NCBI GenBank assembly: GCA_023213395.1
Contig: CM041465.1
Location: forward strand, 35,905,741 to 35,969,740
Direction: 5' to 3'
DNA length: 64,000 bases
Source of the DNA: Cycas panzhihuaensis
Taxonomy: Eukaryota; Plantae; Cycadophyta
Under the pieces are notes generated by a model. It searched no databases and was not told the DNA's origin. It saw only the letters and a program-made list of their open reading frames with translations. The translations under genes and the position numbers were made by a program. Every line of letters begins with the position of its first letter. Positions within the stretch are counted from its first letter, which is position 1. Below are positions 13,813 through 28,100 of the stretch, one piece after another.

Positions 13813-16800
13813 TGTTGGAAAATATAGCCTAGAATAAGATATTCATAAATAGAAACAAAAACACCTCAAGGATCAAATAGTACCCTTAAGGTACCTCAAA
13901 TTATATTAATAAAACATCTTTATAATATATGTAATATGATACACTACATTGTGTATTTATAATGCATGTCATGATAATGAGAGTAGGGCCCACTTATATG
14001 TGGGATAAAATAAATGTGTATTATTAATATTCTAACACTCCTCCTTAATACACATTTGGGTCATTTGTATCTGTAATGCCTTGTTCTTGGAAATGTCTTA
14101 ATGATGATGTCTTCAACTTGATCCTTGTCTTCAATCTTGTAGAGATGTCTTTACTCTAGAATGGTGTCTTCAACTTAATTTTTGTCTTCAATTCTATAGT
14201 GAAAACTTTGCTGTATGATGTCCTCAGCTTGATTTTTAGCTTTAATCCTGTAGTGATGACATTGATGAAGCAACTCTAGCAAGTGCAAATACTGATTCTT
14301 CATTATGGCTGGTCTAGTCTGATTTTGATGTAGATCCTGTAAGTAACCATCTTTAAATACAACTTGCTTTTTATCATTATCCTATATAAGTTCTTGATTA
14401 CCATATACAACAATGATTTCTTCAACCTTTGGAGTGGAATCTTGATTAACTTGCATACTCTTTGAACTTGAATCAATGCTCAAAGAAGGAACATCATTCA
14501 GACTTGAATAAATATGAAACTCACATTCTATAGGACCATCAGATTCATATTCAATTTCTCTTGAAATCATAGTGTCATCTAAATAAGCCTTTATTGATTC
14601 ATCGCTTTCAATGTCTTCAACAATACTTGTAGTCTTATCAATACAAGTAGTTTCATCAATATTCAAACATTCTTCATCTTGATAAATTGTTTCATCAGTG
14701 TCGATAAACTTCTCTTCATTAATCTTACCTGTATCATAACCATCATTGATCTTATTTGCCTTATCAATCATTCGTTGTATCTCTTCAAGAGTTTGTTCAA
14801 ATACATCTCTTAAAGAATCCAAGCTTCCTTAGTAGTACTTGCACGTTAAATCTTAGGAATGATGAAATGATATGTGGAGAGAAGATCAGCCTTATCTAAT
14901 ATAGCAAGAATCATGATGAATATCTTTTTGTCTTTCTTCTCAAGCATTTCCTTTTCTTTTTCATCCTTAGGGATATCATATCCATCAGTAACAAACTTCT
15001 ACAAACCTTTAGCTATGAAAAAATATCTCATTTTAATTGTCCAAAAGAAATGGTTTTCTCCATTACACTTAAGTATCAAAAGAAACGAATCCCTTAAGTA
15101 ATATTCATTTGTTTCATGAACATATATAACCACATCATTTTCTTCCATGATTATAAATGTACCTCCAAACAATGTCCCTTTTTCAATCAACAAACTCACC
15201 CATTAATCAAACTTAATAAACTTTCTCATGTCTCATGTCCCTCACATCACTGACTTCATCATCACATTATTGCCTTATGCATCTCTCATATTGCCAAATA
15301 GCCACTTACAAAGAGTATCTGAAACACTTACTTCAACATTAACTCAATGCTTAAACCACATACATCTCACAAAAATTATGCATATCTCACGTCACCATTA
15401 AATCACCAAGACACATCACATTTCACTTAATTTCCTAAAAATGACTCAAGCCATAACATTATCAATTAACAAATAAACCACAGTCATGTGCAATGATCTA
15501 CACTACTCGACAAAGTTTGCTTCCTTACAACTCAGGTATCTTCAACAAAACTTGTTGTTCTTTGCCCATTTAGTCAATTAAAAACCACACCATCAAAAAT
15601 GCCCAATTTCACCCTTAAACACGCCTAACAAATGTCCAATCTTGTCATTTAACCTCATATGCAACAATGGTTCACAATTGCCTTATGTCATCTTTCTTTC
15701 TATTAATTAGTAAGTACCATAACTTTGACTACACGTCCTTCATCATTTACCATAACATTGCCATATCACCACAATATGTTATTGCCATAATAGCTCTTTA
15801 TATAACCGTATACAACGAGCTTCAATCACCTACTTGCCTATTCTTACCTCAATATATAAAATCACATCTAATAGGAGCATATAATTCCTTTATACCATCA
15901 TCACCATATCACTCATTTTATAATAAAAAATCTTCAAATCCACCGTTATCTTAATTGTACCCAATAAATCTATACCACTTGAAATGAACCATCACATAAC
16001 AAAAATGATTAATTTATCAACCAAAATAAACTGTATCAACTTTATCCATAATACCTTATCAATAATCAGTAATAACTCTAATAGATAATCCACTTTAATC
16101 AAATCAATAAATATTGGTAATCAAATTAATTCTTAAAGAGGCAAGTCAATATATCAATGTAAATATTTTGATAAATCAAATTTCAAGCTAGAGTATATCA
16201 CCAGTCCAATTAAATATTCACCAAGTGACTAAACATGTTTATGATTAAATGTAGGCAACCAAACGAAGACCAAAAATGGGTGAATTGATAAACTAAATAT
16301 CCGAACTTGCGTGAGTATTGTTCTTGCATTTGTGCATCTCTTCTATTTTTGCATTTGCGCACCTCTTCCATGGCAATCTATGCAATCAACGAAGGCTAAC
16401 TCTACATCTTCCATAGATTCACCATGATCTCTCAAGTGGCTGGTATGGCACTACAACAGTACGATCACCACACACTGCAATGAATAACTATTGGAATGAA
16501 ATGACAACATCGAGACTCTTTGACCCTCAACTTACTATGATTATGATCATGCAACATATACTAATAACACTAATGATGATAATAAATATATTGACGACTT
16601 CTTCATGACTTTCATAACAAATTTAATAGCATTCTGTATTACATTATCTCCTTAGTTCACATCTCCATGCGAAGGTTGTCTATGGGCATTCCCATCTCAT
16701 AAACTGTCACTCGTTCCTAGCCTTAGCGTTTGAAGTGTCATGCTCAAACTACTTTGCACGACTGCATTACAAAAATCCCATACTCGTTCAAGGGCATTGG

Positions 16801-18108
16801 CTTTATCACAGCCTTCAACACCTAGTCCTTTGGGTTCAATCCCTTTCTCACGTCCACCACCACCACCTTCTGTGGTCACCTAGAAGAGCTTGAGTGGGTT
16901 CTACTTGATAGTGCTTACCTGTAGGCAAGAGGAGGAGCTGATTCTAATGGGGCAAGAAATAATAACCTAAGTTTGGTTGATAATCTAAGGGCATACGTGT
17001 AAATTGCAAATGGTGATTGATATGGCAAGGCAGACGAGCCTTAATCAAGCATCTACTTCAAATTTCCAGAGCCCTACTATTAAGGGCCTTGGCCGACCGA
17101 CATTCTGCTGCTCTTTGTCTAATGCGATGGACCATAGTTTTCAAATAGACAGAAGATTGGAAGATTGGTGAAATTCCTAGTTGAGTATTGATGGCTCACA
17201 TGAATGAAGGTGAATGATTAAGACAACTAATTCATATGGCAGTGCACCGTGGAAGATAAGGTGATGTTCGACCATAGATCTAAGAGTTGGGTTTAAATGG
17301 CTAGAGGTTGCAAGTAGTCGTTCAATGGGAAATCATAAGGACATAGGTCCTACAAAGGTGTAGGGATAATGGGTATAACAATTATCTATCACAGCAAAAA
17401 AATGTTAATGTAGATAACATAATATAGTAATGGGTGGCTCCAATCCACCAACAGGTAAATATATTCGCGGTAGCATATATACTATGTAGAGGTTATGCAT
17501 ATACAAAGATGAAGGGAAATATTCTTTATGCAATATCACGTACACAGGAAACATATATATTGTAATGTGGACTATCATATTATTCAATGATGATGCAATA
17601 ATGATATAATACGATGATATAATAATGATATAAATCAAGGTCAATGAGTGAGTATATCTTGGAAATATTGATGAATTAATATTGTATTATAAACTTATAG
17701 CTCTACAGTATTCACGGGAATTGATTGACTTCAATAGAGGGTTTGTAACCAGATGTACGATGTCTCTCCACATACAGGGGTATCTCTCCATACACACAGG
17801 CAGAATTAGGGTTTTATCAACTAACACCTTACTCAACCAGGCTTCACGTCGCTTAAGCTTGCTTCACCTTAGCTCTGATACCATGTTGGAAAACATAACC
17901 TGCAATAAGATATTCACAAACATAAACAAAAACACCTCCAGGATCAAACGGTACCCTTAAGGTACCTTAAATTGTATTAACAAAACATCTTTACAATATA
18001 TGTAATATGATACACTATATTGTGTATTTATAATGCATGTCATGATAATGAGAGTGGGACCTACTTGCATGTGGGACAAAATAAATGTGCATTATTAATA
18101 TTCTAACA
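13813..18108 (-). mobile_element. Element D: non-autonomous Copia-type LTR element inserted in the B protease
   Basis: 225-bp LTRs at 13813-14037 and 17884-18108; PBS at 17872-17883; PPT at 14038-14047; TSD AAATT/AAGTT. Confidence 0.92.
14040..15199 (-). pseudogene. D mini-ORF: Copia Gag N-terminus, acidic region and repeated RNase H-tail-like motif
   Basis: NGENHFFWTIKMRYFFIAKGL*KFVTDGY (DUF4219-like), one frameshift, the acidic ORF 14382-14822, then the same frame continues to the PPT with only CAA/CAG/CGA-derivable stops. Confidence 0.7.
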
Positions 18109-21100
18109 AAGTTACTCTCCCTCTTACTTTAAGAGGGAGGATGTTATAATTGACCTTACCATTATAGATTTGGATTTAGAATATAATATTCTCTTAAGTA
18201 GGCCTTGTATTAGTTAAATATCTATCATTTGTTCTTCACTCTTTAATGAACTTTATTTCATCTATGAGGGTGAATTGAAGATTATAAAGCAAAGACAAAG
18301 ACCTGTAAAATAATCAATCCTATTAATAGAAACTGTTATAGAAGTTGGGAAATCTTTTAACTCCTCTCAATATTTTTTTTTCAATCTCTAAGTCTAGGAC
18401 ATTATTTTGCTATTAAGACTCCCTCCCCATATGAATACGAAATTAAGGGAGTAAACATGATTGAAAGTATATCTTCTAAATAAAGCTTTTCACTTTCCTA
18501 TAGTAATATGAAGATTTTTCAGTCCACTGTGGAACCTTTTCCAATTCCTCCCCCTTTAAGAAAAATGACAACTAATGATGATAATGAGACCTTATGTGAA
18601 TCACAACCATCTCAGGAGATTATTCCTTTTACTTTGTCTCTTCATGAACAAGATTTCATATGTACCTTATGTTTACACCTTATTAGAAATCCTCCTAATA
18701 TTCTACTACTAGTTACTCTGTCATATAGGTGAGCACCTTTATCCTATAAATTTATATAATGATCTAAAAAGGTCTCTTATTGTTAATCTCTTTTTCTAGT
18801 TGCTTGGCTTAAACGACATGAGAACAAACTTTTACTACATCAACACCTTGACATTCCACGTCTAGAGGGTGAGGTGTCTTCATTATGTATCTTATCTAGA
18901 TTAAATCCAACACATTTTAGGGAGACTAAGGAAGTGAATATGATTTCCATACTTTCTCTTCCTTCTTAGGACTCTTTTCAAGAGCATATTCTATCATCTT
19001 TTGTTTATATGTCTCCTTCCATGAGTTTTTCTTCCATTGATGAAGCTAGTTTATATCAAAGCTTAAACTTGGATTAGGAATTTCCCAATCAACCTAGTCC
19101 TTTTTTGTAAATACCCATAATAGATATCATCCCAAATTAGGATTGCCATTCTCCTAAAAACATTCTTCCTATAGATTTATTTCATCATTTTCAATTTGGA
19201 ACTAAGAACTCTATCTTTAGAGATCTTTATCAACTTGACCATTTTGAAAATAATGAAATAATTTTAGAATACTTGGTTGGAGCTTCACCTAACCTTCCTT
19301 TGAATCACCATAAGCTTAGATTTAGTAAACAATTATATCTAAATTTACCTTTAGCTAATTCTGATTAGTCTTTAAATGATTATACATCTTTTGTGGACTT
19401 TACTCTTTCTCATTTTGAGGAACAAAATGTTATGCATGTAGGCAAAACTGTTGATATTAATTTGGAGGTAGGTGATACTCCAAGGATAATTAAAGTTGGG
19501 CCATATTGCACTCTTGACAAAGTAGGATAACTCAAAGAGCTCTTTCATGAGTTTATCTCAATCTTTTACTAGGATTATAGTGATATACAGGGCCTTCATC
19601 CTGATGTTGTTGTTCATGATATCACAACCATTATAAGGGTCAAGCCTAAGAGACAAAAGTAGGGACCTATACATCCTTATTTATCAATTACTATTAAGAA
19701 GGAAGTTGAGAAACTATTAAAACTAGGCTTCATTGAAAGTAATGATTATTTATAATGAGTTTCCAATATAGTTTTCATGGAAAAAATGAATGGTTCTATT
19801 TGAATATGCATTGACTTTCATAACATTAATGATGCTTGCCTCAAGGATAAATTTTCTCTTCCATTTTTTGATCAAATCTAGGACTAGATTATTAGTTTTG
19901 AAGTTATGTTCCTTATGGACAATTTTTTAGGTTATAATTAGATTCTTATCTCCCTTGAGGACCAACATAAGACTACATTCACCATGCCATGGGGAACTTT
20001 TGCATACAAGGTTATGCCATTTGGCCTTAAATAAAGTGGGAGCTATATACTAATAGGCCATGGTCTTTATTTTCCATGACTATATTAGCATTAGAGTGGC
20101 TATTTACTTAGATGATATGCTTGCCCTATCACATCATTGAAGAGACCACATTCATGATTTAAGAACTATCTTTGAAAAATGCCAAAATTTTACCTTTACC
20201 TTAATCCAAACAAATGTGCATTTATAGTTACTTTAGGAAAAATATTAGGTAATATAGTCTCTCACGCTGATATCATGGTAGATCATAATAAGGTAAAACC
20301 CATTATTAAAATGCCACCTCCTCATACATAAAAATAAGTTAAATCATTTAATGGGAAATTAAGCTTCTTACGATGTTTTATAATTGATTTTCTATTAAAT
20401 GCCAAACCCCTTACTGACCTTTTAAAAAGTGAGGTTTCTCTTACTTTGACTCCACCTGCTCAAGAGTCTTTTGATAAATTGAAACAAGTATTAATCTTTA
20501 TTTTTATACTCACTCCTCTTATTTTTGATAAATCATTTATCTTATTTACATCTTCCATAGAAGAGTACCTCAAAGGAAGATGGATTTGGGAAAGAACGAG
20601 CTATTTATTTTACAAGTAAGACACTAGTTGTGACTGAGCTTAATTATCCTCCTATTGATAAAGAGTGTCTTTTGTTAATATTTTCCATTAAGAAGTTATG
20701 ACATTGTCTCCTTAGTAACACCATCTTTCTCATTATCGAATCTGATCATATTCACTATTTACTTACTAAAGGTGATCTTATTAGGTAATTGGGCAAATAG
20801 GCTATTCTTTTACAAGAGTTTAATTTCTAAATTATGAATAAAATATCTGAAAAAGGTATAGTAGTTGCTAAAATGATAGTAGAAGTCCTATTACCTAATC
20901 TCCTAAATGAATTTATGGATGATAGACTTCTTGACAAACATATTCTTCAAATAGAAACTATCCCTTTAGAAGAAGTTTGGTATAAGGAAATTAAATCCTA
21001 CCTTTTAAATAAAACATTCCCTTCTTCTTCCTCTTCAAAAAAGAGGAGGAGTAGGGCTATTGCTTAATAGTATCTTCTATTAGATAATGTTCTATATAAG

Positions 21101-21260
21101 TAATCATTTAATAGAATTCCATTATGGTGCCTTTCTTCTATTGAAGCTCAAATTACCTTGGTTGGATGCCATGATGGTATATATGGAGGCTATTTTGGTG
21201 GTCAATCCATAGCCTAACATATCCTACAAATAGGATACTATTGGCTTTTATTATTTAAGG

Positions 21261-21267
<7 letters not shown>

Positions 21268-21324
<57 letters not shown>
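21268..21324. repeat. (TG)~28 microsatellite inside the B integrase zinc finger
   Basis: Pure TG run between GYYWL.LFKD and CKKCQ. Confidence 0.95.
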
Positions 21325-21326
<2 letters not shown>

Positions 21327-22175
21327 AATAATGTAAAAAGTGTCAATCTCATCTTACTCTTATTCATCAACCAACCCATGGTCTCAAGTCTATTATATAT
21401 CCTTGACTACTTTATCAATTAGGATTAGACCTCATCAAAACAAATTCCCCCCCCAATCTTCAAATGGTCATAAATTTATTTTAACAACTGCTGAATATTT
21501 TACTAAATGGAGTGAGGCCACTCCTATAATGGTTGCTACTTTTATTTTTTAACATATTATTTATATATTTAGAATTTTAGATGTCATTATTGCTAATAAT
21601 AAGACTTTATTTTATAATCCCCATATAATAAAGTTGTGTGAGAAATCTCATATTACTCACTAACTCTTAGCTTCTTACCACACCAAAGTTAATAGGCAAG
21701 TGAAAACTTTTAATAAAATATTAGCTAAGATTTTGGCTAAGACCATAACTACTTCATATCATGATTAGCATATAGAATTGTTTCTTATGTTATGGCCCTA
21801 TCGCACTTCTATTAGAAATGTTATTAGGATGATGCTATTTTCTTTAGTATATATGTTAGAGTATGGAGAACAGAGTAAAGTAGGTGAACATACAAATTAA
21901 ACTAGTATTCAAGCCATATTGAGAGTGCACATTCAAAAGATCATTATATTAAGCTATTGTAGAAGAGTATATCAAAAAATCCTTTGATGTGGTGGTGTTG
22001 ATGAATACTAGGGTGTTGAACCCCATAAATATATACTTGGGAGGAAGGAGGGAATGCTCCTCAACCTCCAAATTTAAACTAATAATAAATCATTATAATA
22101 ATAACAATGTATAATAAAATAGTGTTACCTTAACTTACCATGAAGATGTATGCACTTCACATGTTCCTAATGGTG

Positions 22176-25100
22176 TGTTACATAACCCCATCTTTCCTTA
22201 GCATTAGTGAGCGGGAGCCACCAGTGAGTAAGGATTAAGGTGTTTATTAAGATGTGTGTATGGATTGCTAAGTCATCCAATAAGATGTACGGCCATTAGG
22301 GCCACCAATAGAATCATAAGGATGAAGACCCTTACTTGTGTATTTAAAGGGTTAAATCACTTGTAATGTCGTTGAGGATTATATCTTGAAAGAGAAAGTA
22401 CTTCAGTACTCATTTTGGTGATTTACTATATGTGATCTGCTTATGCACTTGCATTATTTTAGTTTCATTTTCTACTAGTTTTCGTACCTATAAATCCAGA
22501 TTTCTGGGAAGGAATAGCCCAAGCGGTATCAGAGCCATGTTCGCGATCGTGGGAAGCTACCCAAAAAAGCAAAATTTTTTTTCCCTATATGATTGAGTAC
22601 TTTCTCTACCTAAGTAGAGATTGAGGAAATACCTTCACTCAGTACTCTCTCTGAGGAGATTGAGGAATGGTAGCAGGACAGATTAAAGGTCATGAAATGA
22701 AGGGGAATTTCTTCCTTGAGGTAACACAAGCAATTTATTTCTTTAGCTTTCAATTCTAGTTTTTTTTTTTTTTTTGCATTGAGTTATATTCTAAGGGTGG
22801 ATAACACCGTTGGGTGGCTACTCTTTATTTCCCCTCCCACCTCTCCTTCCCGAGTAGATAACACTACTGGGTAGCTACCCAAGTAGTAATTAGAGACCCT
22901 GTGTCGGGGGTCTTTAAATATCACAGGGATCTGTCATTTTAGCTAAGCGCATTGTGGTTTTTCCGCCTCTTACGTGAAGGACTTGAGATAACGCTCCTAA
23001 ACTAAGCCCTAGATAGAACCTGGCTATATAAGTGTGCCTCCACGTACCTTCGGGTATATAGGAGGACTCCTTTAGGATCTCAAAACCCTTCCTAGTATAG
23101 GTAAACTATCAGTCGCTGAAGTCTTGCAGTGCAGTGATTAGCAGTTAGCGCCACGAAGTTACCTGCCCCAAAGTTCTATATCAGAAGTTTATTGGCATGC
23201 CTATAAGACCAAACATGCTTCATTTTTCAGTGGGTAGGACACATCTGATTATTCCCACCCTGCTTCCCATGCCCCAGTCTTAATTCAAAACTTGTTAGAA
23301 TAGTCAAGCTTCCAAGACCAAAAAAAAAAAAAAACAAAGAAAGAAAGAAAGAAAAAGAAAAAGAAAAAAAAGAAAGAAAGAAAGTTAAATAAAATAAAAG
23401 ATAAAAAACTCCACTTAGCCACTACTCATAGTGTGAAAAGGATTTTTTTTTTTTTTACTTATAACTTATATACCTCAATTTGATCAGCATATCGTAAGGG
23501 TCATTTTACACTAGGTTAGTTTATACCCCCAATTTACACTCTTTTGTACCCAGGCCACTAGTGTGTCCCACCACTTTAAATTCACTTTAAAACTCATACA
23601 CCCCATTTTGATGAGTTTTTTGTGCTCTTTCTAGTGGGCTAAATATCTTGCTTATGTATTTTGGGGTCAACAGGCTATAGACACCCCCATCCCCTTATTT
23701 GCCCTTCTTCCCCCTATAATAACTCCTTATTCTTATATCCCGTTGTTTCTTGCTCTATCCCACTTCATTTATTTCCCTTCTTTCTACTTGTTCCCACTTA
23801 TTTAATCCCTTTCTTCAGCTCCAATTGCAAAAACTCACACAGAGAAAATTTTAGAGTTGACCAATGACTTGTTTAACTTCAAAATAGAGGTCAACGATAG
23901 ACTCAAAGGCATGCCTACCAAATCTAACCTAGACAACACTAGCCAAGAGATTATTAGTCAGCTTCAGTAGTTGTTTCCACATCAATCCTAAAGCATAGGA
24001 ACTTCTAACTCAACAGGCAACCAACCTCCCCCTTTCTAAGGAAGCAATATTGGAGGGTCTCCACTAACACAACTATTTTTCCACCATAAAATCAATATTC
24101 CTACCTTTGATCCAGATGTGAATAGAGAATGTACTCAAAGCTAGATTAACAAGTTAGAATCCTACTTCACTCTTCACCCGATGTTAGAAGAGGACCAACT
24201 ATTATATGCTTCCATCCACTTAGATGGTCGAGCTCACCATTGGTTTAATTGGTGGAAGCGAGAATATCCTTCTTACCAAACATGGTCCCACTTCACTAGT
24301 TGTTTCTTTGAACAATATGAAGACACATGGAGTCAGTCTTTCTTTGCACAACTCATTCAGCTTAAGTAGACCTCAACTGTAGAGGCTTACACAGATGAAT
24401 TTCAAGTCTTATATAATCGCGTGCCACAAAGCCAAAACTTGGACAAATAAATCGTGATTGACATTTATGTGGCGATACTCCAAGACTGTATTCAAATGAG
24501 ATTAAAGACAATGGCAATCTACTACTTTAAGGAAGCTTTCAAGTGGGCTCGTACAATAGAAGCTGAGTTTGTAGCTGACAGACCCTTAATTATTCGTCGG
24601 GATAACTCTTGGTCGTCATGCACTCGATAGTCAGACTTCCAGCAACCTCAACCTTGATTTGATGATGCCTCTCATCCTTAAGCCGACTTCACACGTCCTC
24701 GGCCTCAACAGGATGATTCCACCTGCCCATCTACTAATCGCCAGAATGATGACACATCCACCAAAAGAGTCTAAATTTCTCAAGCCAAAGCACAACGCCG
24801 ACTAGAGGCTGGCCTTTCTATACAGTGTGCAGAAAAGTGGACTTCCAAACATGGTCGCTTTTGTAAAGCACGGTGTATGGTTTTCTCCATCGACCCCTCC
24901 CTCTCCCCTGATGATTCCTTTGACTCTAACTCTTACCGTGAGGCTGATGATGAAACCTATGATGAACCTACACCAGACCCCCACCCCGAAGTGTTTATAT
25001 CTGTTGTTATGACCTCCGCCTGTCCTAAACTCCTAAGAGTTAGAGGCATCCTCTGTAAAACTCCAATATCTATCTTGATTGATGGTGGCGCATCACTTAA

Positions 25101-28100
25101 CTTCATCGATATTTTGATAGCTAGACAACTCAACCTATATATTATCCCAGAAACTAGCTTCACATGTTCTCTACCAGGGTACCAAAAACTCCATTGTGTA
25201 GGTGTTATTAAAAATCTCTAAGTCCAAATTAGCTCATACCTTTTGGTGTCAGATTTCTATGCCTTGTCAATAGGAGGATTTGATGTTATCTTGGGGATTC
25301 AATGGTTGCAAACACTAGGGACCTATAGTATGAACAACTCGCCTATAAATCCATTCATTGCCTTCAAAGACCACATGGGTTCAAATCACAAAATTTTTAG
25401 AATGCAATCCCCCCTTAACTAAGTGGTCTCTCTTGGACGTATGAAATGCCATCTTCAATCTCACCTAAGGTATATAGTCTGTCTCAATAATATTCAAATT
25501 ACACCATAAATTCATCCACGCATCCATGATGTCATTACCCAATATGAACAAGTATTTACCCCTTTGCCTGCCACTACCCCTCTCGACCATGGTTTCTATC
25601 ATACAATTGACCTCCAAGCTAACCATGACCATATCAGTCTTTGACCTTATCGTAACTCATACTTCTAAAAGAATGAAATTGAGAAACTCACAAATGAGCT
25701 CCTCGACATGGGCATAATCCAACCAAATAAAAGCCCTTATGTAACCCCAATTGTCTTAGTTAGGAAGAAGGATGGCTCCTTTCACCTTTGCGTTGACTAT
25801 AGGGAATTAAATAAGATTACCATTAAAAATAAGTTTCTCACCCCTCGCATAGATGACATGCTGGATAAAATCCATGGCGCAACCATTTTTTCTAAGTTAG
25901 ACCTCCAATCTGGAAACTACCAAATCTCAATTGCCCCACAAGATTGCCATAAGACAACATTTCGTACACATCATGGCTATTTTGAGTTTCATGCAATGCC
26001 CTTTGGCCTTTGTAATACCCCAACAACCTTCCAAGCTCTCATGAATAAAATCTTTGGTCCCTACCTTCAAAAGTTTGTCATAATTTTCTTTGATAACATT
26101 CTTATTTATAGTGCTTGCTTGGATCACCATATCTAACACCTAGAAATTGTTCTCCAAATATTACAAAACCACTAACTCTATGCAAAACTATTTAAGTGTG
26201 AGTTTGGGCAATCAGAACTCAATTATTTAGGTCACATCATATCATCAGAAGGGGTACACATAGACCCTGATGAAATATTAGTCATCCCAACATGGCCTAC
26301 GCCTACCACTCGACATGTAATTATGCTACTCTTGTTGCCCCATCAACCAACCTCCATCGCAAAGAGGCTTTCCAATGGTCTCTAGAAGTGGATGTTGCCT
26401 TTTCTCAGCTCAAGGTTGTAATGACCTCCACTCTAGTCCTCATTACTCATGATTTCAACCAACCCTTCCAACTTGAATGCGATGCTTCAGGGTTTCATTT
26501 AGGCGTAGTCTTAATGCAAGACTATCATCCCATTACATTCAAAAGTTAAAAATTAAAAGATCATGAGCTTCGTCTCTCTACATATTAGAAAGAGATGAAG
26601 GCTATTCTCCATGCTATTGATAAATAGTGGCAATATCTCTTAGGCTCTAAGTTCACTATTCTCATGGATTATTGTAGGCCCCATAATTTATACACTCAAC
26701 CAGTCTTGTCTGAAGAACTAGCTAAGTGGGTTCACCGATTACAAGTCTTTGACTTCTAAATAGCATATAAAAAAGGCAAGGACAATATAGTGGCAGATGC
26801 TCTTTCACGTCTTCATCCTAATGATAATGTTCCTAACCCAAGCCTCCATACCATGAACAATCCCCAACCACTTTGGCTTGATGAACTATGTGTTGAAAAT
26901 CAAGCCTAACTAGACTATCATAATTGGAGAAAAAAAGTCCTCACCCATAAAGGTTAGTCAACCTTTAACAATCACCCCCTCTACCACAATCATATCTTTG
27001 TCCATCCCTACTCTTCATTCATCCCTAAAATCCTAACATAATACCACTCGTCCCCCCTCGGCGACCACTCTGACTTTCATAAGACTTATTGATAGATTCG
27101 CGTAGATTTCTTTTGGCCCCATATGAAGACCAGTATATTCACCTTCATATTAGAATGCGACACCTGTCAACGAAATAAAGTAGAGACCAAACCTCTCCCT
27201 GGCTCCAACCATTAAATATTCCTCAAGGCAAGTGGCAAGATATTGCCATGGACTTCATCACGGGCCTCCCTCCATTTGTCAGGTTTGAGTCCATTTGGGT
27301 AGTCATTGATCGATTAACCAAGTACTCACACTTTCTTCTAGTGCACACCTCATATTCATCCTCCCATGTCACTGACTTGTATGTCCAATTCATATTTCGC
27401 CTCTATGGCTTTCCATCATCTATCGTTTGCGACCGAGACCTTAAGTTTACTAGCTCCTTTTGGTAAGAACTCTTTAAGGCTATTGGAACCTCATTTAACA
27501 TGAGTTCTGCCTACCACCTACAAACAGATGGCCAATCTGAGGTTCTAAATAAAACTTTAGAAACTTATCTGTGTTGCTTTGCCTCATAACACCAAGCTAA
27601 GTGGACCTCATAGCTTTCCCTGACCGAGTATTGGTATAACTCTTCCCATCATTCTGCCATTGGTATGTCCCCCTTTTTGGCTCTTTATGGCTACCACCCA
27701 CCTTCCCACCATACCCTAGCCACAAACTTTCGAACAGCTTTTGTGCAACAAAAGCTTCAGGACATGGATCAAATCTTGCATGCCCTTCGACAGAATTTAG
27801 CCACCGCCCAAAATCGAATGAAGCAACTCGCCGACCTCCATTGATCCGATTGATCTTTTGATATTGGAGATCTAGTATACCTTTGCCTCCAACCCTATAA
27901 TCAACATTCCCTTAAGTCACATCAAGGGAATAAATTAAGCCCCCGCTACTATAGACCTTATAAGATCCTGCACAAAATCGGTGATGTTGCTTACGCCCTT
28001 GAACTCCCACCAAATACTAATATCCATAATGTTTTCCATGTGTCCTACCTAAAAAAATATGTTGGTGCTAAAGTTACATCCCACACAACCTTACCCATCC

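Larger units (their letters stand above)
10940..21853 (+). pseudogene. pol: B gag-pol pseudogene: Pro/Tyr/Ser-rich Gag N-terminus, Gag core, protease (split by D), RT, RNase H, integrase
   Basis: PKLPKF.GENSKDPTSHI at ~12260; YNILL.RP after 18113; FTMPWGTFAYKVMPFGL at ~19978; IYLDDML at ~20100; GHKFILTTAEYFTKWSEA at ~21465. Confidence 0.85.

Noticed and set aside
15330-15530. Protease-like relic (SLHMT) upstream of the Gag-N ORF in D, implying reversed domain order
   Set aside because: Similarity is too weak to support without a profile search.
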